NCBI RefSeq assembly: GCF_006345805.1
Contig: NC_043007.1
Coordinates: 32,550,001-32,614,000, forward strand
Direction of reading: 5' to 3'
Length of the DNA stretch: 64,000 nucleotides
Origin: Octopus sinensis
Lineage: Eukaryota
Part shown: positions 62,165 to 64,000 of the stretch, one piece after another
Position numbering within the stretch: position 1 is the first letter of the stretch
Layout of the letters: each line of letters begins with the position of its first letter
Notes under the pieces: model-generated
Seen by the model: the letters and a program-made list of their open reading frames with translations, nothing else
Told to the model about the DNA's origin: nothing
Databases searched by the model: none
Program-made: the position numbers and the translations under genes

Positions 62165-63607
62165 GTGAGTATATTCCTCTCTCCTGTCATCACTTTAATT
62201 AATAATCTGTGTCATCATTTAGTTTAAGAAACCTATTTTGTGGTCAGTATATTCACTTGTAAATCACTGTGCAAAATGCCTTCATCTGTCGTCGTGTTCT
62301 GAGCTCCAATTCCACTGAGGTCAGCTTGCTTTTCATCCTTGTGCCTGGGGTAGAAAAGGACATATGTATATTGTGTCATTTGATGATGTGGATTCAGTTG
62401 TTTAATCAACTGAATTACCTGCTCCTGAAATTAGTGGCTGAGCTTCCCACAGACGTGTGTACCCTTAAGGTAGGTCTCAGGTAGAATTAACGTGGCACTG
62501 TGTTTGACCATTTTGAATCACAGGAATAATCCATTTGCCAGGCTTCCATTCAGTTTCTATCTACACAGTTTTACTCACAAGGTCTGGATTAAGCCAAGGC
62601 TATAAAAAATGATATTTACCCAAGATGCCGGGCAGTGGGATTGAACTGTGGAGCAAATGGTTAACGAAACATAGTTTTGAAGACAAGCAATACATTTCTT
62701 GGAACAAGTGTGGCTGTGTGGTTAAAAAGTTTGCTTCCTAACCATGCAGTCTTAGGTTCAATTCCACTGTACAGCACCTTCTTTTACATACCTGGGCTGA
62801 CCAATGCCTTATCAGTGGATTTTGTTGATGGGAATTGAAAAAAAGCCTGTCCCGCGTGTGTGTTCCTTGTCTTGACATTAATGATAGTTGTAAATGAGTT
62901 TCACTGTTATACAAGCGGTGTCATTCCTTTCCTACATTCTGCAAAAATATGTCTGGCCATGGGAAAATATTACCTTGCTAGGAACAGGTGAGGACTGATG
63001 ACATGAAGGGCATCTGGTTGTAGAAAATCTACCCCCACAGATCCCCTCAGACTCCTGCTTACAGGGGCAAGACAGAGTTTATTGAGGCAGATTTTCTATG
63101 GCTGGATGTGCTTCCTGTTGTCATCCCATATCTGTTTCCAAATAAGGTCATATTTTCTCATGGCCAGACATGTGTTTGCAGAGTATTGGAAATAATGACA
63201 CTGCTTCTGTGACAGTGGTACTCGTTTACATGATATCACATGCTGTCAAGAAAAGGAATACCCAAACACACACACACACATATATCCACACCACGTGTGT
63301 GTGTGATGGACTTGTTTCAGTTTCCATCCTCCAAATTCACTCACAAAGCTTTGGTCAGCTTGAGGCCATCATAGTGGAAGACACTTGACCAAGATGTCAA
63401 GTGGGACTGAACCTGAAACATTGTGGTTGGGAAGCAAATATTTTAACTATGTAACCACACCAGTGTCTTACAGATTGTAATTTAGATAATTTTCCTATTT
63501 TTATTATTTTCTGAAATAAAAAGATAAAATCTTGAATCGTCTTGAATCTGTTTGAAATGTTCATATAATTTGTTAATTTTTTTTCATTGAAATTTCTCTC
63601 ATTTTAG

Positions 63608-63714
63608 AAAGAAGACGATGTCACATTTTGCCACATCAAGCGAAACGGACTTTTTATCATGGCTGTAACGACCTGTAACATGTCTCCTATCTTTCTTGTG
63701 GAGTTCCTTACCAG
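63608..63714 (+). CDS. AP4M1: AP-4 mu coding exon 3 (KEDDVTFCHIKRNGLFIMAVTTCNMSPIFLVEFLT(R))
   Basis: ttttAG acceptor and AG|GTTAGA donor. 107 nt, phase 0 to 2. Matches AP4M1 [31 protein letters not shown]; the N-x-SP motif favours mu4 over mu1/2/3. The gene continues past the window. Confidence 0.9.
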
Positions 63715-64000
63715 GTTAGAATCATTAAATACTGTTTTTGAATTCAGAGTAGAGTCATACAGTGGTTGTGGAAATAATTAAACACATGGATTAGATTAAA
63801 TTATGTGGGGCCAGAACCCTATGTCTGCTTCTTGTGCCAGTGGCATGTAAAAAGCACCAACAGAACGTGGCCAATGCCAGTACCCCCAAACTGGCTTCTG
63901 TGCTGCTGGCACGTAAAAAGCACCAACCGATCATGGCCAGGTGAAATGCTTAGCAGTATTTTGTCTGTCTTTATGTTCTGAGTTCAAATTCCACCGAGGT

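Overview
AT-rich, microsatellite- and SINE-dense eukaryotic DNA. The repeat families suggest an octopus (coleoid cephalopod); this is an inference. One gene is clearly recognisable: the first three coding exons of the AP-4 adaptor mu subunit (AP4M1, + strand, 58754 to beyond the window end), whose intron 1 has minor-spliceosome (U12) signals. A second, unidentified multi-exon gene probably runs on the - strand through most of the window, with several candidate alternative first exons. The rest is mostly transposon relics: tRNA-derived SINEs, RTE/CR1/Tx1/R4 LINE fragments, Gypsy, mariner, piggyBac-type MITEs and Helitrons. The two most unusual observations are (1) a 7SL (SRP RNA) 5' half fused to a SINE/LINE-type 3' tail at 35728-35899, a candidate 7SL-derived SINE or chimera, and (2) a tRNA-headed SINE with a hammerhead-ribozyme-like core that shows a Penelope-like inverted 5' structure in two separate insertions. 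There is no CRISPR array or intact rRNA/tRNA gene. Most ORFs in the supplied track are microsatellite or repeat artefacts. All alignments were done by eye, and repeat boundaries are approximate.
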